From the IMG/VR virus record IMGVR_UViG_3300002038_000007: 20,000 nucleotides of DNA. One strand, written 5' to 3'. The notes under the pieces are model-generated. The model ran no database searches and was not told the DNA's origin. It worked only from the letters and a program-made list of their open reading frames with translations. This document shows positions 8,371 to 15,675 of the stretch, one piece after another. The translations under genes and the position numbers were made by a program. How positions within the stretch are numbered: the first letter of the stretch is position 1; the number at the start of each line of letters is the position of its first letter. This DNA comes from an uncultured virus (IMG/VR IMGVR_UViG_3300002038_000007) (taxonomy: Duplodnaviria; Heunggongvirae; Uroviricota; Caudoviricetes).

Positions 8371-10199
8371 CTGGTGCTTGGTGGAGGCGACTGCGCGAAC
8401 GACAGGCGGCAAATCGTGAGCTTGGCAAGGCCTCAGAAGGCGGTGAGCAGGGCGCTTTTGAGCCTGGCCGCAAGGATGCACTTGCTCCTTACAAGGGGAA
8501 GAACGGCAAGGGCGGCTGGACTGTGGGCAAGACCCATGAATCCTATGTCAAGAAGGGCGCGAAACGGGAGTGGCTGACGACCGAGGAAGAGCGTCACATT
8601 GCGATGATTGGCAATACCCGTGCTTGGAAAACGGTTTCTCAACTGGCTTATCACATCGCAAGGAGCCCAACCAACAAGGTCGTGTTTGATCCCAAGTGCG
8701 AATTCTATCTCATGTTCGCCAAGGTTTTGGCAGCAAAGGGGTGGAAGGTTCATCTGTGGGATCCGTTCTTGAAGGCGGCGACGGAGCTTGGCGTGCCTAG
8801 GGCGCCGTTCACCACGGACTACAACCCCTTTCTCGACATGGCGAACACTGAGCTTGGCGCATTTGATCCTGGCTTGCCGAACCGCATTACTGAATTGGTC
8901 AACCTGATGGTCTCCCTTGGCAAGGAAGGTAAAGATTCCGGTATGCAGTTTTGGAACATCAAGACCAAGGAGGTTGTTTCAGCCCTTTGGGCATTTGGCT
9001 TGATCTACCGTGATAAAGAGGCTGAGGCAGCTTATGATGAGGCTGAGGCAGCGCTTGAGGCAGGCGATGAAGACGCGCTTACCAATCAGCACCTCTGGGA
9101 TTTGATCGCCAAGAGAAACATTCTGTTTGCTTCTGAATTTCCCAATCTTGATCTTGAAGATCAGATCTCTCTTTTGGAAGAGATGGCGAACATTAAGGAA
9201 ACGCTCAAAGCCGAAGCAGAGGAAGCCGGCATGGAGCTATTTTATCCGTCAGTCGTCGACATGATTGTAAAGGGAGCCAAGACCGGTCTTCGCCTTGCAA
9301 AGGACGACGGCGCGATTGGCGGTACCGTTTTCAACAGCCTCTTAGATATGATCAGCGCGTCATTTGAATGGATCGACAGTCCAGTCCTGAAGCATCACTT
9401 GCGTGGCTATGATCAAAACTTTCATCCTTCCATGCTCAAGACAGAAGAAAAGGTCATCCTGTTTGCGGTAATCCCTGAAGAAAACATGGAAAGTCATGGT
9501 GCTTACATGCGCATGGCGTTTACCTCGATCGTCGACAGCGTGATGAAAACCCCATGGGGCACGAAGACCCTTGATGATGGTCGAAAGGTGCCGATCAAGC
9601 GCTACAAGATCGATCTTATTTGCGAAGAAATCGCGCAGTGGGGTCACATGAAGGCCTTGAAGCGAGCGCTTGGCATGGGGGCTGGCAAGGGGCTCCGCGT
9701 TGTTGTTGTCTTGCAAAATATGTCGTCACTGATCGACGTTTATGGCAAAGCGCTATGGGAGTTCCTAATTGCCAATAGCTATCAGATTTTAATTGGCGGC
9801 GGTGACAATGAGACCGGCGAATACTTCTCAATTAAGAGCGGCAAAACCAGAGCTCGGAATCTAAAGACCAAAAAGCGATCGGGCGAGATGGTTCCCGTTT
9901 ATACCATCGATATGCTTTGGAACACAGTGCATGAAAGCCGCAACACCGGGCTATTGTGCGAGAACGGGAAAGAGTTCATTGAGTTTGAAAAAATCAGGTA
10001 TTACGACGAAGCCGAATCCGGCCTGAAAAAGTACATCGACTACACCCCGCATCCTGATCATGTGACCGACGACGACACGGCGCCCAAACGTCATGTTCCG
10101 CGAGAGCTTCTTGCTCACAGCAAGGGGGAGATCAATGGCGGACCCCGTCACATGCAGTTCGGCGGCGGCGGGCAAAAGCAAATAGAAACCCACCACTAG
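8367..10199 (+). CDS. VirD4/TraG-like type IV coupling protein with degenerate Walker motifs
   Basis: RHIAMIGNTRAWKT, VVFDPKCE, DPF...YNPF, FW, LICEEIAQWG, GAGKGLRVVVVLQNMSSLIDVYG and DNETGEYFSIKSG match the VirD4 layout; ATG 8367 overlaps the upstream stop. Confidence 0.8.
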   Translation: MTGAWWRRLRERQAANRELGKASEGGEQGAFEPGRKDALAPYKGKNGKGGWTVGKTHESYVKKGAKREWLTTEEERHIAMIGNTRAWKTVSQLAYHIARSPTNKVVFDPKCEFYLMFAKVLAAKGWKVHLWDPFLKAATELGVPRAPFTTDYNPFLDMANTELGAFDPGLPNRITELVNLMVSLGKEGKDSGMQFWNIKTKEVVSALWAFGLIYRDKEAEAAYDEAEAALEAGDEDALTNQHLWDLIAKRNILFASEFPNLDLEDQISLLEEMANIKETLKAEAEEAGMELFYPSVVDMIVKGAKTGLRLAKDDGAIGGTVFNSLLDMISASFEWIDSPVLKHHLRGYDQNFHPSMLKTEEKVILFAVIPEENMESHGAYMRMAFTSIVDSVMKTPWGTKTLDDGRKVPIKRYKIDLICEEIAQWGHMKALKRALGMGAGKGLRVVVVLQNMSSLIDVYGKALWEFLIANSYQILIGGGDNETGEYFSIKSGKTRARNLKTKKRSGEMVPVYTIDMLWNTVHESRNTGLLCENGKEFIEFEKIRYYDEAESGLKKYIDYTPHPDHVTDDDTAPKRHVPRELLAHSKGEINGGPRHMQFGGGGQKQIETHH

Positions 10200-10208
10200 G
10201 AGAATGGA

Positions 10209-10409
10209 ATGAAAGAAGATCAAGGCGTGATTCGGTCCAAAGAGAAAGTCTGGGATCCAAGCACGCAGAAATGGGTTGTGATCAAGCAGAAGCACAAGGT
10301 CACGCCCGGACAGGTCGGCGCAGTTACAGCCGGCATTCATGGGCAGCAAATCCCGCCGCCCCAAACTGAAAAGCCGAAGCCTCGGCGGATCAGAACCCTT
10401 TTTGGATAG
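10209..10409 (+). CDS. Small basic hypothetical protein
   Basis: AGGAG RBS; in operon; Pro/Arg/Lys-rich C-terminus. Confidence 0.7.
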   Translation: MKEDQGVIRSKEKVWDPSTQKWVVIKQKHKVTPGQVGAVTAGIHGQQIPPPQTEKPKPRRIRTLFG

Positions 10410-10418
10410 GAGAGAGAG

Positions 10419-10742
10419 ATGGTTGCAGCACACAAAACAAGAGAGACCAGCGCCGCATGTCCTGGTGGCAATTGCCCACAAGTTCGACACGTGAACAAGA
10501 ACCGCAAGCCCGCGACGTCGACCCCGGAGTCACCTTCGAAGCCAACGCCCCCCGCGGTGGCGCCCACGCCAGACCCCAAGATCAGGATGCAAGCGGAAGC
10601 CCAGCAAGCTCTTGCTAGCACTCTTGCTGCAATCAATCGTTCGCGAGCGGCACAGAAAGAGCCACCGATGACGATGAAGGAGCTGGTTAGCACCCCAGCG
10701 CCAACCCAGAAACCCGCACCTAAGCGGCCGGGCGTCGGCTGA
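10419..10742 (+). CDS. Pro/Ala/Lys-rich hypothetical protein
   Basis: AGGAG RBS; low-complexity; ends KPAPKRPGVG. Confidence 0.7.
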   Translation: MVAAHKTRETSAACPGGNCPQVRHVNKNRKPATSTPESPSKPTPPAVAPTPDPKIRMQAEAQQALASTLAAINRSRAAQKEPPMTMKELVSTPAPTQKPAPKRPGVG

Positions 10743-10744
10743 CC

Positions 10745-11383
10745 ATGCCGCGCCGTCGCACCAGATACAGGTCAAGGAAACGGGTTCCGTTTTGGCAGCG
10801 CCGATCAAGGCGCGCGAGCGGGTTTGAGGTTCTTTGGTATCTGGTGCTCGGCATGGCATGGCTCATCGTAGCGTTGATCAAGGCTCTATGGCGGCTGGCT
10901 CGACGGTATAGAACAAAAGGACAGCCAACCGCCCTTATCACCGGCAAGAGAACGACGTCAGACCTCCGTAAAATGCCAGAATGGTGTGAGCACTACAGAT
11001 CGGCGAGATCAGCTTTCGTGTTCACCTGCGATCAGGTGCTCGGACCAGAAAATCTGCGCTGCGCCTGCTGTCAAGTTACCTTCAAAGTAAGAGGGCGTCG
11101 CGGGTTTCACGTAGATCATATAAGGCCCGTCGCCACACACCCTCATCTGAGTTTTGACGTCACCAATTTTCAGCTGCTTTGCAGCCATTGCAACACGAGG
11201 AAGCGGGCCAACCAACCACTCACGCCGGAGCGGCGATCAAAGAAGCTTGTGCTTGCGTTGGAACGCGAACGTCGCGAATGGCTGAGAAGGCATGGCGACG
11301 TCGATCCCATTTATAAGCTGCTCGATGCTCACGAAGTCGAGCCGGGCAGTTGGGCAACTCAAAAGGAGAAAGGATATGGCTAG
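10745..11383 (+). CDS. HNH endonuclease with Arg-rich N-terminus and one transmembrane helix
   Basis: CACC...HVDHIRP...NFQLLCSHCNTRK HNH zinc motif; hydrophobic stretch VLWYLVLGMAWLIVALIKALW. Confidence 0.85.
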   Translation: MPRRRTRYRSRKRVPFWQRRSRRASGFEVLWYLVLGMAWLIVALIKALWRLARRYRTKGQPTALITGKRTTSDLRKMPEWCEHYRSARSAFVFTCDQVLGPENLRCACCQVTFKVRGRRGFHVDHIRPVATHPHLSFDVTNFQLLCSHCNTRKRANQPLTPERRSKKLVLALERERREWLRRHGDVDPIYKLLDAHEVEPGSWATQKEKGYG

Positions 11384-11864
11384 AAAACCAGGTGTTATCA
11401 AAAAGCTGTGGCGTGCAGGCAAGGCCGATTTAGCGCGCACCAATACCAACTTTCGAAAATTCACGACAGAGCAAAACAGGAAAAAGCGGGTGCGGCCCGT
11501 TAGCCAAGCGGAGGTTGCGGTCAAGGCGCTTCCTGAATTGATCAAAGGGACAGCGAATGACATTCGCGCCTATGCGCAAAAGGCGAGAAACTTGATGGGG
11601 AAGAAGCCCGTGGTGACGCCGCCAGCCCCAAAGGCCAAGCCAGCCAAAAAGCCCAATCTTTATGAAAGAGGGCTACAGCGGCACAGCAATAACCCTGTTC
11701 AAACTTCCGGCAAGGACATCATTGCCAAACAAAAGGCAGCGCACGAACAAGAGATTGCGGTCCGACGAGCCAAGGCGGAAGAGGCGCTGAAGAAAGTCGC
11801 CAAGCCTGCGGCTAAACCTAAGCCGGCAAGGAAGCCTGTGGGTGCAATCAAGGTTCCTGCATAA
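11376..11864 (+). CDS. Highly basic Lys/Ala/Pro-rich hypothetical protein
   Basis: AGGAG/AAGGA RBS before ATG 11376; KAKPAKKP and KPAAKPKPARKP repeats; TAATG coupling to the next gene. Confidence 0.75.
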   Translation: MARKPGVIKKLWRAGKADLARTNTNFRKFTTEQNRKKRVRPVSQAEVAVKALPELIKGTANDIRAYAQKARNLMGKKPVVTPPAPKAKPAKKPNLYERGLQRHSNNPVQTSGKDIIAKQKAAHEQEIAVRRAKAEEALKKVAKPAAKPKPARKPVGAIKVPA

Positions 11865-12607
11865 TGGACAGCGCAGCAATTGAAGAGGCGCTTAAAGCTA
11901 ATCGCAAAGCGCTCCGCCGCGCGAAGGTCAGCCGCCAGCGCATCAAGGTGACGCCACATGCTCTTATTCTAACGCTATCGATCTTTGCTATAGCTGTAGG
12001 GGCGGTAGGGGCTTTTGTTTGGCCAAAGGCGACTGATACGCGGGGCTACTCATTAGAGGCAATCAACGCGCAAGCCCTTGATCGTCGTGGGCAAGAGATC
12101 GAAGCCTGGCCGGCGTTTTCGATCATCAACGTTAAGCCCTTTCCGCCTGAGTCAGACGTTGATCTTGTGCTCGTTGTAGGTGGGGGCACTTTTCAAGCGG
12201 CTGTTGCTAACAAAGGAGAGCTGATCTTAGAGGATGGTGAAATCAGCATCGAAGATGCGGATACAATTGAAGTGCTAGGTACGCGACGGGTAGGTCGCGG
12301 AACGAAAGGCCCCTCCCTACTTTTTGGTTTTTTGCCAAAGCCGTTGCGCGCCTTGGCGGCAATACCCTTGACACAAGGCAGCTTAATAAACCTCGAAGAA
12401 GCTGCCCGATCGACAATAACGGGGTTCCCGATCTTTATCGTTCCAGATGCAGATCGGCTTCTTTTTAATGACAGCAGTGTTGACAAGATCGAACGTACCA
12501 AATCGGGACTCGTCGTGACCTTTAGCGACGGATTCACAGGCTTAGATATAGCATTCATGTTGCTGATGGGCGTTGGCTTAATTGGCGTGGGGAGATCGTT
12601 TGTATGA
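11864..12607 (+). CDS. Hypothetical membrane protein (two TM helices flanking a probable extracytoplasmic domain)
   Basis: Hydrophobic helices near both termini; overlaps neighbours. Confidence 0.75.
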   Translation: MDSAAIEEALKANRKALRRAKVSRQRIKVTPHALILTLSIFAIAVGAVGAFVWPKATDTRGYSLEAINAQALDRRGQEIEAWPAFSIINVKPFPPESDVDLVLVVGGGTFQAAVANKGELILEDGEISIEDADTIEVLGTRRVGRGTKGPSLLFGFLPKPLRALAAIPLTQGSLINLEEAARSTITGFPIFIVPDADRLLFNDSSVDKIERTKSGLVVTFSDGFTGLDIAFMLLMGVGLIGVGRSFV

Positions 12608-13272
12608 TTGTTGCTGAGCATGCGGCTAGAAATCTTGGCGAGGTCTCGCAACTCAATGCAGCCAAGCGAGCCTTGATGCGCGGCGCGTCCAATGTCGAAG
12701 CCTACAACAAGTTCAAATGGTATGCTGATGAGAACGGCATCATGAAGAGACCGCTATCCAACAACGGGGTGACGATTGCCCCGCCCAAAAGAGGGGAGGT
12801 CAAGCGGCTTAACCAGGTTATCAATCACCCTGCGTTTTTTAGGGCCATACCGGATGCCGGCCGCTGGACAGCGAGCGTGCGTCCTCTTGGTGGCGGTGTT
12901 CAGGGCATGGCCCAGCCGTGGCGACGGCATATCACCTTGTCACCACGCGCTGCTCAGGATCGCTCAACGTGGCTGCACGAAGCTACCCATGCGGGGCAAG
13001 CCGCCCAACGACTTCCTCGAAACGACCGGGGGACCAACCCGAGAGCTGCAGGGAGCTTCGCCGCCTATCAGGGTCAGCTTGGAGAACATGGTGCGCGCGT
13101 ATCAGGTGCGGCTATCTCCCCTGCACAAAAAGCCCAGATCATGATGAAGCGGGTTAGGGGCAAGCCAAGGGTCCGATTTAAGCCGCCGCCAGCCGCCGCC
13201 CCTAACAAAAAACGACCCTTGCCACCGCAACAGCAAAGGCCATCAAAAAATCTGCCGAGGCCTGGTCAATAA
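12604..13272 (+). CDS. LPD23-like / zincin-like (HExxH) metallopeptidase domain protein
   Basis: WYADENG, LNQVINHPAFFRAIPD, STWLHEATHAGQ, RGTNP and YQGQLGEHGAR resemble the LPD23-plus-metallopeptidase pattern of polyvalent proteins. Confidence 0.65.
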   Translation: MIVAEHAARNLGEVSQLNAAKRALMRGASNVEAYNKFKWYADENGIMKRPLSNNGVTIAPPKRGEVKRLNQVINHPAFFRAIPDAGRWTASVRPLGGGVQGMAQPWRRHITLSPRAAQDRSTWLHEATHAGQAAQRLPRNDRGTNPRAAGSFAAYQGQLGEHGARVSGAAISPAQKAQIMMKRVRGKPRVRFKPPPAAAPNKKRPLPPQQQRPSKNLPRPGQ

Positions 13273-13291
13273 AATCGAGGAACATGGGAGG

Positions 13292-13327
13292 AACCGGAAC
13301 GCCGTGACTAAACGCAGCGTTCCGGTT
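13292..13327. terminator. Hairpin between convergent operons (probable terminator)
   Basis: AACCGGAACGC...GCGTTCCGGTT 11-bp stem just after the operon end. Confidence 0.7.
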
Positions 13328-13382
13328 TGATTCTGACTAGGTGATAACTTTCGAAATCGGCGCTGATTTTGCGGACCTCTTC

Positions 13383-13919
13383 TTATTCAGATTTTTGAGT
13401 CAATTCCCAGCCGCGGGCTTTCGCGATCGCCTCGGCCAGATCGAGCTTAGCCAGGCTTTCTTTGCAAAGAGGGCAATCTTTGCCACGGGTGTGATTTTGC
13501 CAGTGCTGCCGAGCTTCGTCGATATAGAAGTTGCGGCAACCGGCTTTGATAAAGATTCCGCTCTTATCTAAAAATGCGTGGTGTGGCCAGCCATCTTGCC
13601 GGTAGCCAAGGTCAATAAACGTATCTGGCAGGTTTGTCTCGCGCAGGTTTGCCCCGCGCAGGTTTGTCTCGCGCAGGTTTGCCCCGGACAGGTTTGCCCC
13701 GGACAGGTTTGCCCCGGACAGGTTTGCCCCGTCGAGGTTTGCCCCGGACAGGTCCCCGTCGAGGTTTGCCCCGGACAGGTTTGCCCCGGACAGGTATGCC
13801 CCGGACAGGTTTGCCCCGCGCAGGTTTGTCTCGCGCAGGTTTGCCTTCTCCGTCTGGCTTAGATCGGCATAAGGCGTCCCGCCTAGGAGTATTCCTAGAA
13901 TAGCGCTGATGTCAGTCAT
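13383..13919 (-). CDS. Pentapeptide-repeat protein with phage-type C-terminal domain
   Basis: About 15 A(N/Y)LxG-type repeats; C-terminal R.DG...IKAGCRNF..EAR.HW pattern seen in phage pentapeptide proteins; start ATG 13919 with AAGGGA RBS. Confidence 0.88.
   Translation of the reverse strand: MTDISAILGILLGGTPYADLSQTEKANLRETNLRGANLSGAYLSGANLSGANLDGDLSGANLDGANLSGANLSGANLSGANLRETNLRGANLRETNLPDTFIDLGYRQDGWPHHAFLDKSGIFIKAGCRNFYIDEARQHWQNHTRGKDCPLCKESLAKLDLAEAIAKARGWELTQKSE
13629..13845. repeat. 15-bp tandem repeat encoding the pentapeptide units
   Basis: Units such as CAGGTTTGCCCCGGA and CAGGTTTGTCTCGCG in tandem, with one 12-bp unit. Confidence 0.9.
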
Positions 13920-14154
13920 GTTGTTGTTCCCTTTTTTCAAGATGAGTTTGAGCGTTCTCGACGATGCGCATTAACAGCATGTAGTTGGCATAGCCAATCT
14001 TTGCTTCAGAGCTGGCGCGAGCCCAACAATTTAAGGATTGAGCAGTGATCCCCATACAGGCGGCGAGTTCCCGCCTTGACAGCCCAGTCCTTCGATAAAG
14101 AGATAGAATTGCCGATTTGGGCGGCCTTTCCCATTGTCTAGCATCAATGCTCAT
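13912..14154 (-). CDS. XRE/Cro-like HTH protein
   Basis: RRTGLSRRELAACMGITAQSLNCWA HTH; GGAG RBS; overlaps the pentapeptide gene. Confidence 0.8.
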   Translation of the reverse strand: MSIDARQWERPPKSAILSLYRRTGLSRRELAACMGITAQSLNCWARASSEAKIGYANYMLLMRIVENAQTHLEKREQQHD

Positions 14155-14175
14155 AACGATTCTCCAAAAAAGATG

Positions 14176-14217
14176 ATATATTGATTTTATAGATAAAAAA
14201 CAAATTCATCAATATAT
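14176..14217 (-). promoter_or_regulatory. Sigma70-type promoter overlapped by a 10-bp inverted repeat
   Basis: Minus strand TTGATG(14212-14207)-17 nt-TAAAAT(14189-14184); IR ATATATTGAT(14176-85)/ATCAATATAT(14208-17). Confidence 0.65.
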
Positions 14218-14245
14218 TTTTTTTCACAAATAGCGAATTTTTATC

Positions 14246-14275
14246 TTGACCAACCGCAAGTAGATCGTTTAGGTT
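14246..14275 (+). promoter_or_regulatory. Putative promoter for the rightward accessory operon
   Basis: TTGACC-18 nt-TAGGTT, about 30 nt upstream of the ORF at 14305. Confidence 0.45.
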
Positions 14276-14304
14276 CGGATTATCACATTTTTGGAGAGAA
14301 GTTC

Positions 14305-14460
14305 ATGGCTAAGCGACGTTCACAAAAGATCAGGCGAGCTCCCGCTCCGACTGTCAGCAAATACGCAGCGAAGGGGCCTTCTTACAAATACAAGACGGTC
14401 CCGTCAGGCCCTTGTCGTCGTGCTGTGGCTGAACGGACTCAAACGGAAAGCCGGTCATGA
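14305..14460 (+). CDS. Small basic hypothetical protein (51 aa, below the ORF-track cutoff)
   Basis: GGAG RBS; MAKRRSQKIRRAPAPTVSKYAAKGPSYKYKTVPSGPCRRAVAERTQTESRS; ATGA overlap with 14457. Confidence 0.65.
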   Translation: MAKRRSQKIRRAPAPTVSKYAAKGPSYKYKTVPSGPCRRAVAERTQTESRS

Positions 14461-14831
14461 CTAGCGCGTTCAACTTTACCGTTGCCGCCATCGTCGCTGG
14501 GATCTTGGGCGTCGCTGTTTTTGATGATGCTTTGTCAGCCGAAGCGGATAGCCACCAAGACGCTGTGAATCATGCGGCCGTTCTTGTTCAGGATCATATC
14601 CCAGAGTGCGACGCCAGTAGCGGGGAGTCAGTCGAGGCGTGGTTTTGGTGCATTGGCGATGTATACGACTTTGCGCTTTATGAAGCCGGCATTACCAAGA
14701 CCATGGCTCCGGCTCTTTCCGATCAACTCGCCAAGATTGGTTCGCTTTACGACGAACAATCTGTGACGTTCACAGAGACCGCCGAACGCATGCAAAATGC
14801 GATTGCGACCGCCTTAGCGTCGCCAAGATAA
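14457..14831 (+). CDS. Hypothetical exported protein
   Basis: N-terminal hydrophobic signal/anchor; acidic mature part with two Cys. Confidence 0.7.
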   Translation: MTSAFNFTVAAIVAGILGVAVFDDALSAEADSHQDAVNHAAVLVQDHIPECDASSGESVEAWFWCIGDVYDFALYEAGITKTMAPALSDQLAKIGSLYDEQSVTFTETAERMQNAIATALASPR

Positions 14832-14889
14832 AAATAGAACGATTTCAGGAACGCCTTTTTACCTTTCCCTTTATCGAGAGTGACAACCT

Positions 14890-15588
14890 ATGAAATACCT
14901 TCCTCTGGCTCTTAGCCTTACCTGCGTTGCAGCAATCCACGCGCATGGCGCAGAGCTTCTCGACCCGATCAATGCGACGGACACCAGCTATTGCATTTCA
15001 TGCGCGCAAGAAGACGCTGGCTATGATGCCAGATATCAAGCTGGCCGCGCACAAGAGTCCATTGGCATTCTCGATGCTAACGACCGCACCATCAACCGCG
15101 ATCTGATTGCCGCCGAAAAGGCGATTGCCGCACTGACGACGGAAAGTCAGCAACGTTTCGCCCAAACCGAGCAGACGATTGCTCGCGAGGTACGTCTCGG
15201 GAATGAGCGTCTATTGGCCATCGAAACTGTCTTGAGCACGCCGTCAACGCCGGCTGGTACTGTCCATGCCATCAACAGGCACGATCAGCGCCTATCGGCC
15301 CTTGAAGGCGGCCTTGCGGGCTTGCGTGACGATCTCGACAATATCGACCAAGCATCGCGGCGCCGAGACGCCAGTCTTGCGGCCATGCCGGATCTACACA
15401 TTGATGACGGCGACCGCGTTGCCATCGGCCTTGGTCTTGGCGAGTCAGGAGGGGAAGCGGCTTTCGGGCTTGGGGCCGTGATCAAGAGTCGTTTCGAGCG
15501 GCAAACGGTTTTTGTTGCCGCCAAGGCCGGCACTGACGCCAGTTTCAACGAACATGCTATCAAGGCGTCCGTCAATCTGAGCTTCTAA
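14890..15588 (+). CDS. Small trimeric autotransporter-like protein (YadA anchor domain)
   Basis: Signal peptide MKYLPLALSLTCVAAIHAHG; coiled-coil stalk; ASLAAMP linker; four Gly/Ala-rich beta-strands; C-terminal VNLSF. Confidence 0.75.
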   Translation: MKYLPLALSLTCVAAIHAHGAELLDPINATDTSYCISCAQEDAGYDARYQAGRAQESIGILDANDRTINRDLIAAEKAIAALTTESQQRFAQTEQTIAREVRLGNERLLAIETVLSTPSTPAGTVHAINRHDQRLSALEGGLAGLRDDLDNIDQASRRRDASLAAMPDLHIDDGDRVAIGLGLGESGGEAAFGLGAVIKSRFERQTVFVAAKAGTDASFNEHAIKASVNLSF

Positions 15589-15629
15589 CACGGATCCCAG
15601 CGTCTTAACTTTTCCTTAAACCTTTGCCT

Positions 15630-15673
15630 GTAGTCTCCACCCATCGACATAAACCTAGATGAGTGGAGACTAC
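15630..15673 (+). promoter_or_regulatory. Stem-loop sequestering the RBS of the 15676 ORF
   Basis: GTAGTCTCCAC(15630-40)/GTGGAGACTAC(15663-73) perfect 11-bp stem plus CATC/GATG; GGAG lies inside the stem. Confidence 0.65.
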
Positions 15674-15675
15674 CT

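Noticed and set aside
9018..9065. Direct repeat GAGGCTGAGGCAGC
   Set aside because: It is a short in-frame duplication encoding EAEAA twice in an acidic loop; no sign of an independent DNA function.
13578..13903. Plus-strand repetitive ORFs (QVCPG and TGLPR repeats) and CRISPR-like appearance
   Set aside because: These are antisense shadows of the pentapeptide gene; the 15-bp units are contiguous with no unique spacers, so it is not a CRISPR array.
13383..13919. qnr quinolone-resistance gene
   Set aside because: It has too few repeats and a phage-type C-terminal domain; the architecture does not match Qnr.
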